From: Octopus bimaculoides
Lineage: Eukaryota
Assembly: GCF_001194135.2 (NCBI RefSeq)
Contig: NC_068995.1
Coordinates: 49,152,017 to 49,197,290, forward strand
Direction of reading: 5' to 3'
DNA: 45,274 nt
Shown: piece by piece, positions 24,619 to 38,544 of the stretch
Layout of the letters: each line of letters begins with the position of its first letter
Position numbering within the stretch: the first letter of the stretch is position 1
The notes under the pieces: model-generated
The model's database searches: none
The model's input: the letters and a program-made list of their open reading frames with translations, nothing else
Told to the model about the DNA's origin: nothing
Program-made: the position numbers and the translations under genes

Positions 24619-24885
24619 GGGCAGGCGAGGAGGCTGCATTGTATGTAGTTAAGAAGTTCGCTTCGCAACCAAGTGGTTACAGGTTCAGTCCCATAAATTA
24701 GCCCCTTCAAGCAAGGGCCTTCTACTATAGCCTCTGGCCGATCAATGCTTTGATAGTGAATCTGGTAGATAGAAACTGTGTGGAATCCCATCGTTGTGAG
24801 CGCGCGTGTATAATATGTGTGTGTGTGTATACAGACACACGTATGTGCGAGTGTGTGCCCGTCCCACTGCAAGACAAAACCAGTC
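24619..24885 (+). mobile_element. SINE family B-related, 5' part (diverged)
   Basis: tagttaagaagttcgcttcgcaacca...ggttcagtccc (B-box)...cttctactatagcctctggccga...ggtagatagaaactg. Confidence 0.8.
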
Positions 24886-25673
24886 GAGTAACTTAATATA
24901 TAGCTGTTTGGTTAAAGAGTAAGACATTATTCTTCATATATGTTTACTCCGTAAGAAATTACTGGTATCGTCAGCTGGATGATTGTGTAAATGAGAAATC
25001 ATCTTAAAACGGTTAAGAACAAAAGACAAAACTATTGTAGAGAGAGGAATGGAAAGAGTGAGGGAGAGAGAGAGAGAGAGGGGGGATACTAAATAATGAG
25101 AGGGGGACAAGAAAGAGTACGGGGTGGTGTGCAAAAGAGAGCAATTTAATTTGATCCGGGATGGAACCCGGATTAGCAGCAGATATTAAACAATAAGACA
25201 CACAGACAGACTGAGAAACAACAAGCTCGATAATGATGAAGCGATGAACATTTTAATATCGAGGTCGACATACGGGTGTTGAATATTGAAAGCAACACCC
25301 ATATTGCACTGTGAGGTCAGGTCACCACCCGGTACCGTACTCTATTGTTAGCTTTAGAGTACAGCGTGTGTGTGTGTGTGTGTGTGTGTTTAAGGATAAT
25401 CGAAAGTAGGCAGGTGGATACGAACCCGCATTACTTTGCTTGTTGCCGTGTCTTTTAGATGAAGTCATTAAGTGAACTGACAATCAATAAGTAATTCTTG
25501 GTTTTAATTATTTAATTAGCCAAGAAGAGGAATAGGATGAGGATGAGGGCGCAACAAGTAACAATGGTCTTTTCAGACCTTCCCATCCCAAACTGGAAGG
25601 CTGGTTGGCTGGTTAGTCGGTTGGTTCATTGTAGTTTACCCAACAAGTCTCAATGGGATTAATCTTTTTTTAC

Positions 25674-26103
25674 CTTTTATATGTTTCAGGCATTAGAAGG
25701 CGGCCACGCTGGGGCACCACCTTGAAGAATTACTGGTCGAATGAATCGCCCCCACCCCCCAGTATACTTTTATTTTTTTTACTTGTTTCGACCCCCAGGA
25801 CTTATTTTCTTTGTAAGCGTAATACTAATTCTATCGGCCTATTTTGCTGAACCGCTAAGTTAAGAGGACGTAAACGCACCAACATCAGTTGTCAAGCGAT
25901 GGTGGAGGGACAAACACGGACACACAAATACGTACACACACACACACGTATATATATATATACGACGGGCTTCTTTCAGTTTTCATCTAGCAAATCCACT
26001 CAATAAGGCTTTGGTCGGCCCGAGGCTATATCGTAGAAGACACTTGCCCAAGGTGCCACGCAGTGGGACTGAACCCGGAAACATGTAGTTAGGGAAGCAA
26101 GCT
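25674..26103 (-). mobile_element. SINE family B (near full length)
   Basis: gcggccacgctggggcaccacc...ctgaaccgctaagtta...gacgggcttctttcagttt...agaagacacttgcccaaggtgccacgcagtgggactgaacccgg. Confidence 0.92.
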
Positions 26104-26447
26104 TAAACATTTTTGCTGATTTACCCATCTGTTTGTTGGTAGTGTACATATATAGAGCAAGGCTTTTGTTTAATTGGAGAGGAATCTGATCTACGAAACG
26201 AGATTAATACCTGTAATATGGCTAGGGTTAAAAAGCTAAGCAAATTAAAAAGTGTATAATGTTTGTTAAGCAACCTGGATTAGAACCTGAAATGCACGGG
26301 CAATGAATTTATTTAGGGAGACGCCAGAGTAAGCTATCTGTCAGGCCGGGTAATTAGTGTCACCAATGAAATCACGGCTGTCTGCTATTCGTCCGGTGTT
26401 TTGTTACACGATGTGTGTACGTATGTGTGCATATCTATATCCATATC

Positions 26448-26519
<72 letters not shown>

Positions 26520-26579
26520 GGAGAGTGTGTGTATGCGTGTGTATACACACACACACACACATGTATACACATATATACG

Positions 26580-26618
<39 letters not shown>

Positions 26619-26786
26619 AACTCGATCGCGAAGCACACACAAAGCTGTAAATAAATAGAATGTAGATAGACGTGTACAATCTATTGTTTATAGCTTTTTG
26701 TGTGATTCGAGATCCACTGCCAAAACGGTATTCATTCATTTTCTCTCGAAAGTTTATAAATTTTACTGAAGTCACCCCTTCATATT

Positions 26787-26817
<31 letters not shown>

Positions 26818-27500
26818 CACACACACATACATACATACATACATACACACAGGCATAGCTAGATATCTGTCTAAACACACCGTCCTGTCCAGCAAGTTTG
26901 TCCTACAAAGATAAGAAAAAGACATGCAAAAGAATAGTAAATTCCGCTCTCACAACCTCTTTAATGATAGGAGGTGAAAAACTATATCCCTCTATACCCG
27001 CAACACCCGGGGACTGAGCAACACAGCTATGTGTGTACATAAAGAATCTACCCCATTTTAACAGCTTAACATAAGAGATTCAAACAACAATGGTTTTGTT
27101 GGGTGGAACGCACGCATGCGCACACACACACACAGACACACACACAGTAAGGTACCCGAAGTAAGAATGTCAAACATGATGAGGGTAGCAGTGTGTATGT
27201 GTAGGTATTTTTATATGTAGTAGTTATGATATGTATACACAAATGTCGACAACACTCATACCCACACACACACACACATATATATATACACACGCACTTA
27301 TATGCGTATATGCAATATGTGTGTGTGTGTGTGTGTATGTGTGTGTGTGTGTGCCGAAGAAGACGTATGAGCTTTTAGCGAGAAGACAGAAAATAATAGA
27401 CCATCAACAACACGTATTAAACTTTTACCGTTGTTTACAATTCATTAACTTCACCTGGTGATTCGCTCGTGTGTATATATATATATAAATATATATAGAT

Positions 27501-27535
<35 letters not shown>

Positions 27536-28363
27536 TTATGCGCTATATATCTACATTAGCACGCACAAACAACGTACGTGTGTGTGTGTAGACATGCATG
27601 TTAATGAACAGGGCGCAAGATTGGTTAAAATATGAATTGGCAAAACGACTGTAAACGATGTACTAAAATATAAAATATAGCTAATTCCATTCTTCGATAT
27701 CATCACCACACACACACACACACCTAACACTTGTTTTAACAAGATACTCATGTCCAAGTTGGAGATAAAGATTACCGTTTGGTATAAATACTGGTTCTAT
27801 CTGTAATAATAATAATATATATAGGACAGTACTAGTAGATGCAACTTGTGATGATTATTCTTCAAACCAATATCAATATAAGTCACACCATGTATTGAGT
27901 ACGTATTTATTAATACGTACGCCCCGTCTTTCCTTCTCACTCTCTCGACAGTTTACTGCTGCTACGCCAGAAAAAAAGCCACTCGTCAAACAGACAGAAC
28001 GGCCTAATAATGCAACTGATCAAAGACACCACCACCTTCAGCGCGTGTATATTATATCCTGTCATATCAGCTATGCGATATCATTGTGCTGCAACTTTCT
28101 CCTTAGTAACAAATGAATGTCTCGTTTACAAGTAAGCTTATACAGAGGCGTTCTAAAATACCTCGTATATATACCAATATACATTACATGGGAGCTGATA
28201 AGAGGTGAAATAATAGGCGGGATAACACTAGGAGATAACATACAAACAGAAAAACATTAAAAAAAAAACAAAAAGAAGCTATGTGATGTGCAGTGGTGCG
28301 TGCGCATGAATGCGTGTGTGCGTATGTATTATTGTATGTGTTTGAGTTTAATACACAGCTGTA

Positions 28364-28417
<54 letters not shown>

Positions 28418-28872
28418 CATACATATATATATATATCGATCATTCACACAGACACACACCCAGAGTCAAACTCACAGGTACCCGCCTAGAATGAATTACT
28501 CACGGTACCCTGCCGTAAATGTTTTTTTATTAAGCTCCTTCGTAGCGATATAGACCATGGTGTCAAAGGTGCGTACAATTTATAAAAGGGCGGATATGAA
28601 CTGCGTATATATATATATACATATATATACACACACACACATTCTCTCGTGAACATGGTCTCTATGCACAAGGCCAGCACACTAGAGCCCCTCTCTGTCT
28701 CTCTCCTAGCGATTACCATCATCATCATCATCTTTAGAATCACCATCGACATTTCCAACAGCAGCACCACTACCATCAACGTTAAGAACACAACGACGAC
28801 CAACAACAACAACAACAACAACAACACAAACAACAACAGCAGCAGAAGCAGCAGCAATAAGAAAGGAGCATC

Positions 28873-28903
<31 letters not shown>

Positions 28904-29150
28904 CGACGACGATAGCCACAGCAACCATAGCAACAAGCAATGTCAACCAAAAAAAAAAAAAAATTGATAAAATAAAATAAAATAAAATACTTCGGCAGCA
29001 ACGATAACAAGAACAACAACAGCAACAACAACTACTACTACTACTACATCTACTAACACTACCACCACCAATATGGCTGCCACCCCCCCACCACAAATCC
29101 TCATTCCATCAAAGAAATAACGCCATATATATATATATATATATTATCTT

Positions 29151-29270
29151 CGAAACGTCTAGTTAGAATAGAGGCAGCTGATGAATAATTCCAAGTGGCT
29201 TTCTGTTTTCCTATGTGTTCGTTCCGTTGTCTGTAGTTCATTGTTCTAACGTCCTGTACCCTGATATGTA
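29151..29270 (+). mobile_element. Possible Penelope-like element end fragment
   Basis: CGAAAC...CTGATGA half-motifs are followed by a T-rich tail (ttcgttccgttgtctgtagttcattgttctaacgtcctgtacc) and TA-rich repeat. The class is inferred. Confidence 0.3.
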
Positions 29271-31104
29271 TCTATATACACATGTAGATGTAAGTATATA
29301 CATATATGTGTGTATACATGCATATATATTCTTTGTATTATATATATATGCATATATATGTGTGTGATAAATGTTGGTATGGACACTCGGTATTTAGCAC
29401 TGATGGTGCGTGTGGCTTGAGGACATTGAAATGCTCAGTCTAGTGTCAAACATCACTCAGCCGGCAAACTACAAGAAAATAACTCAGATGAGAAAACGAC
29501 AGTTCATTGTTCCGACTTGCAGAGTCTCTTGAGCCGCCGCATGCAGTGAGACGCGTTCTTTCCAACACACCCAAGCCTTAATATGGGTTAACCTATATTA
29601 TTAAATCACCAGCCATCTAGCCCCTATTCGGTTATCGCAAGGAAATCTACATCCTCTCTATTATATACAACATATGTCTGCATGTGTTGTGTGTGTGTAT
29701 GTATATATGTATATATATACACACATACACATACACATTCGCCCACCAGACAATAATCAAATGTAAAATAAAGAAAGCATTCTCGCATTCCATAAACACA
29801 TATGTTATATCCTGTACATATTGCTCGCACAAGTCCTTATATACACATACATATATTAATATATATATATATATACATATAGATATACATACACACCTAT
29901 ATATATATATATGCACATATATATAAATGTAAATATATATNNNNNNNNNNTATATACATAAACGCACATATACAGCAGCGTGTTTTTTGGGAGTGAAGGG
30001 ACATTTACGCCTGATTTTCATTTATACCAAATGTGCAGAAAGCCTGTTTACTTGCGGTATATTCAGCAGGTGTGCGTGTCAATTTACACATGTCTATGCA
30101 TACATATATACACGTGTTCATATGCAACATGAATACAGCTAGTTTCGCACATATACATATATATATATATATATATATACATAGCAATATATACACACTA
30201 ACATATTTCTATACATACGTATATATACATACATATAGATATATACAAATACATAAATACATTTATATTTATGCACATGTACATATATGTATACACATGT
30301 ACATATATGTATACACATATACATATATATATATATACATATAGACACACACACACACGTTTCAGTGTACGTGTGTATATATNNNNNNNNNNNNNNNNNN
30401 NNNNNNNNNNNNNNNNNNNNNNNNNNNNNNNNNNNNNNNNNNNNNNNNNNNNNNNNNNNNNNNNNNNNNNNNNNNNNNNNNNNNNNNNNNNNNNNNNNNN
30501 NNNNNNNNNNNNNNNNNNNNNNNNNNNNNNNNNNNNNNNNNNNNNNNNNNNNNNNNNNNNNNNNNNNNNNNNNNNNNNNNNNNNNNNNNNNNNNNNNNNN
30601 NNNNNNNNNNNNNNNNNNNNNNNNNNNNNNNNNNNNNNNNNNNNNNNNNNNNNNNNNNNNNNNNNNNNNNNNNNNNNNNNNNNNNNNNNNNNNNNNNNNN
30701 NNNNNNNNNNNNNNNNNNNNNNNNNNNNNNNNNNNNNNNNNNNNNNNNNNNNNNNNNNNNNNNNNNNNNNNNNNNNNNNNNNNNNNNNNNNNNNNNNNNN
30801 NNNNNNNNNNNNNNNNNNNNNNNNNNNNNNNNNNNNNNNNNNNNNNNNNNNNNNNNNNNNNNNNNNNNNNNNNNNNNNNNNNNNNNNNNNNNNNNNNNNN
30901 NNNNNNNNNNNNNNNNNNNNNNNNNNNNNNNNNNNNNNNNNNNNNNNNNNNNNNNNNNNNNNNNNNNNNNNNNNNNNNNNNNNNNNNNNNNNNNNNNNNN
31001 NNNNNNNNNNNNNNNNNNNNNNNNNNNNNNNNNNNNNNNNNNNNNNNNNNNNNNNNNNNNNNNNNNNNNNNNNNNNNNNNNNNNNNNNNNNNNNNNNNNN
31101 NNNN

Positions 31105-31171
<67 letters not shown>

Positions 31172-31419
31172 AAGAGATTGTTGATTGTGTGTGAAGGAGG
31201 CGAATGTGTGTCTCTGTGTATGTGCGCGCGCGCGCTGGTTCAACGTGGGTATGAATGAATGAATGAATGAATGAATGAATGAATGAATGTGGTTGAGTTC
31301 TCAGGTGCCAGTCTTTGAGAGGGTTTTATGTTAAGAAAGCTTGAAAGAAAGACAGAAAAGAGAGAAAGAAAAAGGAAGAAATTAAATAACTGTACAGATC
31401 GAGGGATTGAGGAATGTAA

Positions 31420-31461
<42 letters not shown>

Positions 31462-32530
31462 ATAGTGGTGGTGGTGGTGCTGGTGGTAGTTGATAAGGTT
31501 TGTCACATGTCCACCATCACCAAAGTTCGTATTTATTACAAAAGAAAAAAGATATACAGCCATCAATATCCTTCTATCCCCACACACAAGCACGCACGCA
31601 GACACATCACATCACATTATATCAAAGGATAATTATCTTTACTGGATGTCTGAAACCAATTTACATTTGGGCCACCAAAGGTACAAATCTTATGGAATCT
31701 ATTACAAGCAAGTTATGCGTAATAGCCCTAACAATTGACGACACACATTTGTCATAGATGTGTGCAAGCAAGCAATGTGCCTAAAAGGTCTGATTGGCAA
31801 ACATGGTCAGTACCAATGCCCAGAGTTCCTTACCATAGACGATCATGGTTGACGTAGAAGCTGGCTTTCCAAGACTAGTTAAAAGTTGGAAAGGAAACTA
31901 AAAAAATACGACCCTCTGAAGAATGCACACAAGAACACACATGAACCCTGTGGTGTCTTGGTTCTAAGTAATATGCATCTTGTTTCTTTTGTGTGTTTGT
32001 TTTTAAATCTAATTTCGTATTAGAGATACAGAGAGATTTCACAAAGATTATCGAACATGCATGTTTATAAGAACGTATAAGAAGGTTAGTGTATATATGC
32101 ACAGAAGTAGACAGATGGAAAAAAAATGGCACAGTTTGGAACAAATTGCTGCCGTCTGAAATCTTTCAGTGTAATAATGTCAAGTTTCCTTTGTTTAGAA
32201 GAAAAGTATTTTCGTATCAGCAGAAGCGGCGGCATAAACAAAACAAAGACCAATATTAGGAACCATAACAGCAACAAGAACAAGAAAAACAAACAAAAAG
32301 AAAAAGCACAGTATAGCAGAAATTATAATAAGAACAAGATCTCATCACACTCTCTTCTCTCTCTAGTGGCCATATTTTCACACTTAAGACACACACACAC
32401 ACTAGTGTACATAATTGCATCTATGTCGATGTATCACTTCATTAATTGACGAAAAAATAAACATATTAGTAATAATAATAATAATAATCGCCACAATCTT
32501 CATTATCTTCACACACACACACCCCTTTTT

Positions 32531-32565
<35 letters not shown>

Positions 32566-33204
32566 AGCTACTTATTCCCATCAAGCGCCATTTTGTTTTG
32601 CTTGTTCTCTCTCTTGATTATTTTTTTTCTCTATCGTCTGCTTCTTTCAAAATAAAGACTTGTTAAGTTTGCAAACAAATATAATATATTTTGTCTATTT
32701 TTATTGATTTTCTTTCTGCTTTTGCGCCATGTCAAAAATACAAGAAAAAAAAATCCCAGTAACATTTATGCAAACGATGAGAATGATAATCCGAATGATA
32801 AAGAAGACGACGACGATGATGATGATGTCTATAAGAAATACATGCGTGACATCATGACTTTCCTTTTATTGTACGTCAGTGACTTCCCCTTCCCGCCACT
32901 AACTCTTTACAAAAAGCTTTTATTTATTGGTTGCTTTCTTTTTAATCCTTCACTAACGTTGTTGTTTTTGTTTTTTTTTATCGTTAGTTAAATTATAAAG
33001 ACACACTTTAGTTATAGTAAAACAGTTTTGAACATAGAAATAGCTGTTATTAAATGGTAAAGAATTGCCTATTGGATCAAGCAAAACGCCCATCGACGGA
33101 TAAAATGGAAGGACACGCACACACGTATGCAATGAACTTAACTTGGATAGGGCAGGATTAAGTACATAATTGTATATTTACTATGTTTATTACATCAACA
33201 ATTA

Positions 33205-33400
33205 GTGTCGTGGACTGGTAGACTCGTTCGCGTATTGGACATGCTTGGTAGGTAGCTATTCACGGTCCTTCATGACCTGGTTTCGAATCCCGCTGTGGCC
33301 AGCTTTGCTTCCTAAAATTTATTTCGGGGTGGATATTTAACTCAACTTTAGTCGCCAACTCTCTCCACAAAATTTCTGGCCAAGTTATGGGTGGTACTCT
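33205..33400 (+). mobile_element. Old tRNA-derived SINE fragment
   Basis: B-box-like GGTTTCGAATCCC at about 33280, then gccagctttgc and aaaatttctggcc, resembling the family A body. Confidence 0.5.
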
Positions 33401-33430
33401 ATGTTAGAAATTCCAATCTATTTGATATGA

Positions 33431-33473
<43 letters not shown>

Positions 33474-33750
33474 TTCCCTAGTCATAGATTCATAAGGCCA
33501 GTTTTATGAATTTAACCTCACTCCACTCCCAGACGGGAGATCGGTTCGTCGCAGAATTTTGGTATATCACAGGATGCCAACATCAATGATTTTAGTTTAA
33601 GCGATGAAGATTACTCGTGCGAGTCCTATCTTGGGTATATAATGCGTAAACAGACAAGGATATGAGGATTAACGCTGGCATAAAGATGCGATTGTGAAAG
33701 TTTCACTGCAGACTTCGGATTAAACGATAATACAGACATGAAGATACAGA

Positions 33751-33798
<48 letters not shown>

Positions 33799-34369
33799 NN
33801 NNNNNNNNNNNNNNNNNNNNNNNNNNNNNNNNNNNNNNNNNNNNNNNNNNNNNNNNNNNNNNNNNNNNNNNNNNNNNNNNNNNNNNNNNNNNNNNNNNNN
33901 NNNNNNNNNNNNNNNNNNNNNNNNNNNNNNNNNNNNNNNNNNNNNNNNNNNNNNNNNNNNNNNNNNNNNNNNNNNNNNNNNNNNNNNNNNNNNNNNNNNN
34001 NNNNNNNNNNNNNNNNNNNNNNNNNNNNNNNNNNNNNNNNNNNNNNNNNNNNNNNNNNNNNNNNNNNNNNNNNNNNNNNNNNNNNNNNNNNNNNNNNNNN
34101 NNNNNNNNNNNNNNNNNNNNNNNNNNNNNNNNNNNNNNNNNNNNNNNNNNNNNNNNNNNNNNNNNNNNNNNNNNNNNNNNNNNNNNNNNNNNNNNNNNNN
34201 NNNNNNNNNNNNNNNNNNNNNNNNNNNNNNNNNNNNNNNNNNNNNNNNNNNNNNNNNNNNNNNNNNNNNNNNNNNNNNNNNNNNNNNNNNNNNNNNNNNN
34301 NNNNNNNNNNNNNNNNNNNNNNNNNNNNNNNNNNNNNNNNNNNNCGGAAACTTTATAGAAAGAGTAGCT

Positions 34370-34560
34370 GGCACCCGTGACTCGACTCAAAAAGTGCCAA
34401 GTCGTTGATGTAACGCAGCTTCGACCCGAGAATTATGCTAAGGGATGACATGTTTGCAGATATGCTCATTATCTGCACGATAATTCAGGAGCAGGTAACT
34501 CAGTTGATCGAACAAACTGAATCCTCATTGTCTAGCGACGGAGATGCACCACCGCCAGAA
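34370..34560 (-). mobile_element. Old SINE with a conserved central domain (Nin/Deu-type, tentative)
   Basis: The minus strand cctgctcctgaattatcgtgcag...tgagcat...acatgtcatcccttagcataattctcggg resembles a remembered octopus SINE core (CCTGCTCGTGAAATTAACGTGCAAG...GTACCCTTAACGTAGTTCTCGGG). Not searched. Confidence 0.4.
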
Positions 34561-35098
34561 CATCATTACCACACGTACCCCTAACTGTATATTATAGTCC
34601 ACCCGGATATTCAGTGTTCATACAAATAACCACGAAGACTAGATAAAGTACAATGTATCGTATATATATATATATATATATATTCACTGCTTTTTTAAAT
34701 ATGTCTCATCCATTCCACACATGCGCAAGAAACGACACGAATTCCGTAGAATTGTACCCCAGATTTGTAGGATCGTACCCACTTTCGTAGAATCTATAGC
34801 GAGTTCTTTATGCCACTATTCATAGCATTATGCTTTCTCGCCAACAATTTATATATATATATATAGAGAGAGAGAGAGCAATATATACGTAGCTTTCTAG
34901 TCTTCGCAATCTAACAATCACCCGTTCAAAGAGACAGACACCACCCCACCCCACCCCACCTAGCAACCACACCTATCCATCCACCCGAAGCAGTTAAGCT
35001 TTGTTTTCGTTATTCGATCGGATTCAATGGTTTTGTTACTCTTGAAGATTTTGGTTCTTGATCTACAGAGATGGAAGAATGAGCGGAAGAATGAGAGG

Positions 35099-35135
<37 letters not shown>

Positions 35136-35887
35136 NNNNNNNNNNNNNNNNNNNNNNNNNNNNNNNNNNNNNNNNNNNNNNNNNNNNNNNNNNNNNNNNN
35201 NNNNNNNNNNNNNNNNNNNNNNNNNNNNNNNNNNNNNNNNNNNNNNNNNNNNNNNNNNNNNNNNNNNNNNNNNNNNNNNNNNGTGAGTCGGCGGTTTTGT
35301 GTATTTGCTACGCTAAACAATGTCGCAGAAAGAGAAACACAGTTGAATGTCAGTCATGGGAGTAAAAGGAAAGAAACAGGGCAACACACACACACTCTTT
35401 CTCTCTCTCTCTCTCTCTCTAAATAAAAAGCGACTGACTGTGAGGAAATAATATATAAACCAAAGAAAGAGCATGGTACCAAAAACATACAATAGCGATG
35501 GTTATATACACACGCATACACACATTGTATACATTTATGTATATATACATACACGAATGTGTACGTATGTATGCATCAGAACAGCGTGTGTAGTACATGC
35601 AGAGGCAATTAGAGAGAGACAAAGGGGGGAGAACTTCTTATAAAGCTGGTAGAAGTGGAAGACGATCTAAAAATAACTGCCTATTTTATTTTATATATAC
35701 GTAAATTATATATATACATTATATATACATTTGTGTGTGTGTGAGACAGAAAGAGAGACAGACAGACAGATAGACAGAATGCACAGACATAAAATGGAAT
35801 GACTAACAGAAAACAACAATAAAAGATTCCAGAAACAACAACATGAACAACAGAGTGAGAATAACAAAAAGGACAAGAATAAATATA

Positions 35888-36001
<114 letters not shown>

Positions 36002-36731
36002 TGTTGGTTGACTGTATTGCATTGCATTTTGTAGTGTGAGATACATGGAGCGTGTACAATTAGGTGTGTGAGTGTGTGTGTGTAATACATTAAAAATACA
36101 ATAAAATATAACATAATGTATGTATGTATGTATGTATGTATGTGCGGGTGCATAAAAGTATGTTCAGATATAAGTATGTATGTTTGTGTGTGTGTATGTG
36201 TGTGTGTATACACACGGAGCAAACCATTCAATCGCAGGTAATCACACCGGGCAATACCTTCATTACCATCCCTACCAACACCAGTACTTCTATCGTAGTC
36301 TTGCCCACATTTTGATTGCTAATATAAACCACAAATAGAGGCGGCAACGACGGATGATTCATTGAATCATCAACTAAGCTTCACCAATCCCCTTCAACCA
36401 ACGATACTGTCTTGCTTGTTTTGTTTCTCTTAACGTGAGATCAACCTTAACTGAGCCGACAAAATTGTTGATCAGGCATTTCAACTTTGAACATTTAAAC
36501 CGTAGATCAACGTCATTTATGATTCAGAGAGAAGATCATGTCGTAGCCGTGTATCGGTTCAATTAATATTATTAGAGGAGACCATAAAGATTAACAGATC
36601 CAGGGTCACATTGCTAAATATTTTCTCTAGGTAAGTAGCTTTACGATCCGAGTTCAAATTTCAACGGTAAAGTCACCTTATCCTTTTATTCCTTCGCAAT
36701 CGAAAACAATTTCGTATCAAATATACTTACA

Positions 36732-36935
36732 AGGCGTGCTTGGCAGAGTCTTCAGCAAAATGTTTAGCGGCATTTCATCTGTTTTTACGTCCTGAATTCA
36801 AATTCGACTTTATCTTTCATCCAATCACGGATCGATAAAATAAGTACCAGTAGAGTATTGTGTATATATCTGATCGACTTATCCCCTTTTCTCTCAGCTT
36901 ACGGACTTTGTACCAAAGTTTGAAACCTGTATTAA
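36732..36935 (+). mobile_element. SINE family A variant (tail ...gtaccaaagtttgaaacc), preceded by another head fragment at about 36612-36715
   Basis: ttggcagag...ttagcggcatttc...gaattcaaattc...cgataaaataagtaccag...gatcgactta. Confidence 0.8.
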
Positions 36936-37021
36936 ATAGTGCGTGATTGTGTACACACACACACACACACATATATATACACATACATGCATATATACAC
37001 ACACATACACATACATACATA

Positions 37022-37195
37022 TGGCTGTCTGGTAAGATGTTGGTGTGTTTGCGTCACCGTAGCTTAGCGGTTCGGCAAAAGAGACCGACAGAATAAGTAC
37101 CAGGCTTATAAAGAAATAAGTCCTGGGACCGATTTGTTCGACTAAAGGCCGTGCTCCAGCATGGCCGCAGTCAAACGACTGAAACAAATAAAAAT
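37022..37195 (+). mobile_element. SINE family B with a large internal deletion
   Basis: The head tggctgtctggtaag is fused directly to atgttggtgtgttt...ttagcggttcggcaaaagagaccga...gactgaaacaaataaaa. Confidence 0.85.
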
Positions 37196-37485
37196 ATATA
37201 CACACACACACATGCCTAAATACAGAAATACTTATAGAGCCACATTCGTGTGATCTGCTGGATTAACTACCCGAGTAATATATGTAAGGTATAGCTTATG
37301 AATGTGGTTTTTGTGTTCATTTCATACACACACACACACACACAGATATATTTATATATGCATATATATGTATGTATGTATGTATGTATAATGCCACGTA
37401 TATTTATGGGTCGGGCGGGATGCTGAATTTTGGACGCGTAATCTGATTAATGGTGCATGGTATGTTTATCTGCGTATGTGCGTGC

Positions 37486-37533
<48 letters not shown>

Positions 37534-38505
37534 GCGCCCGTGTCTCTCTACCCTGCTATGTGTTGTGTGTATAATCTCTGGAGTCTGCGTGCGTTTACTA
37601 TTATGAAGGACTGCTTGGAAGTATGTGTTAACAACATGCAAATATGCACATGATAAATTCATTCTGCCTGTGTATCTGTGTGTGCGTGTGTGTGTGTGTG
37701 CGTATGTGTGTGTGTGTGTGTAAATACTCGAAAGAATGGAAGAGAGAGAGAGAGAAGGGGGAAAAGAAGGAACGAAACTGCCAAGATATGATGAAGAGGT
37801 TTCATGTGTAAAGTGAAATGTTACCNNNNNNNNNNNNNNNNNNNNNNNNNNNNNNNNNNNNNNNNNNNNNNNNNNNNNNNNNNNNNNNNNNNNNNNNNNN
37901 NNNNNNNNNNNNNNNNNNNNNNNNNNNNNNNNNNNNNNNNNNNNNNNNNNNNNNNNNNNNNNNNNNNNNNNNNNNNNNNNNNNNNNNNNNNNNNNNNNNN
38001 NNNNNNNNNNNNNNNNNNNNNNNNNNNNNNNNNNNNNNNNNNNNNNNNNNNNNNNNNNNNNNNNNNNNNNNNNNNNNNNNNNNNNNNNNNNNNNNNNNNN
38101 NNNNNNNNNNNNNNNNNNNNNNNNNNNNNNNNNNNNNNNNNNNNNNNNNNNNNNNNNNNNNNNNNNNNNNNNNNNNNNNNNNNNNNNNNNNNNNNNNNNN
38201 NNNNNNNNNNNNNNNNNNNNNNNNNNNNNNNNNNNNNNNNNNNNNNNNNNNNNNNNNNNNNNNNNNNNNNNNNNNNNNNNNNNNNNNNNNNNNNNNNNNN
38301 NNNNNNNNNNNNNNNNNNNNNNNNNNNNNNNNNNNNNNNNNNNNNNNNNNNNNNNNNNNNNNNNNNNNNNNNNNNNNNNNNNNNNNNNNNNNNNNNNNNN
38401 NNNNNNNNNNNNNNNNNNNNNNNNNNNNNNNNNNNNNNNNNNNNNNNNNNNNNNNNNNNNNNNNNNNNNNNNNNNNNNNNNNNNNNNNNNNNNNNNNNNN
38501 NNNNN

Positions 38506-38544
<39 letters not shown>

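Noticed and set aside
28649-28915. ORF with a hydrophobic stretch and poly-N/poly-Q, resembling a transcription-factor low-complexity region
   Set aside because: Explained by (ATC)n and (AAC)n microsatellites.
29151-29184. CGAAAC...CTGATGA in type-II hammerhead order
   Set aside because: Stems I and II do not pair next to the core. More likely two half-motifs from a decayed Penelope-like end. The CTGAAGA at about 10332 and the CTGATG at about 29400 fail in the same way.
34941-34960. (CCCCA)n tract, G-rich on the transcribed strand, as a possible G-quadruplex
   Set aside because: Only three runs of 3 or more G. Unremarkable in a window full of simple repeats.
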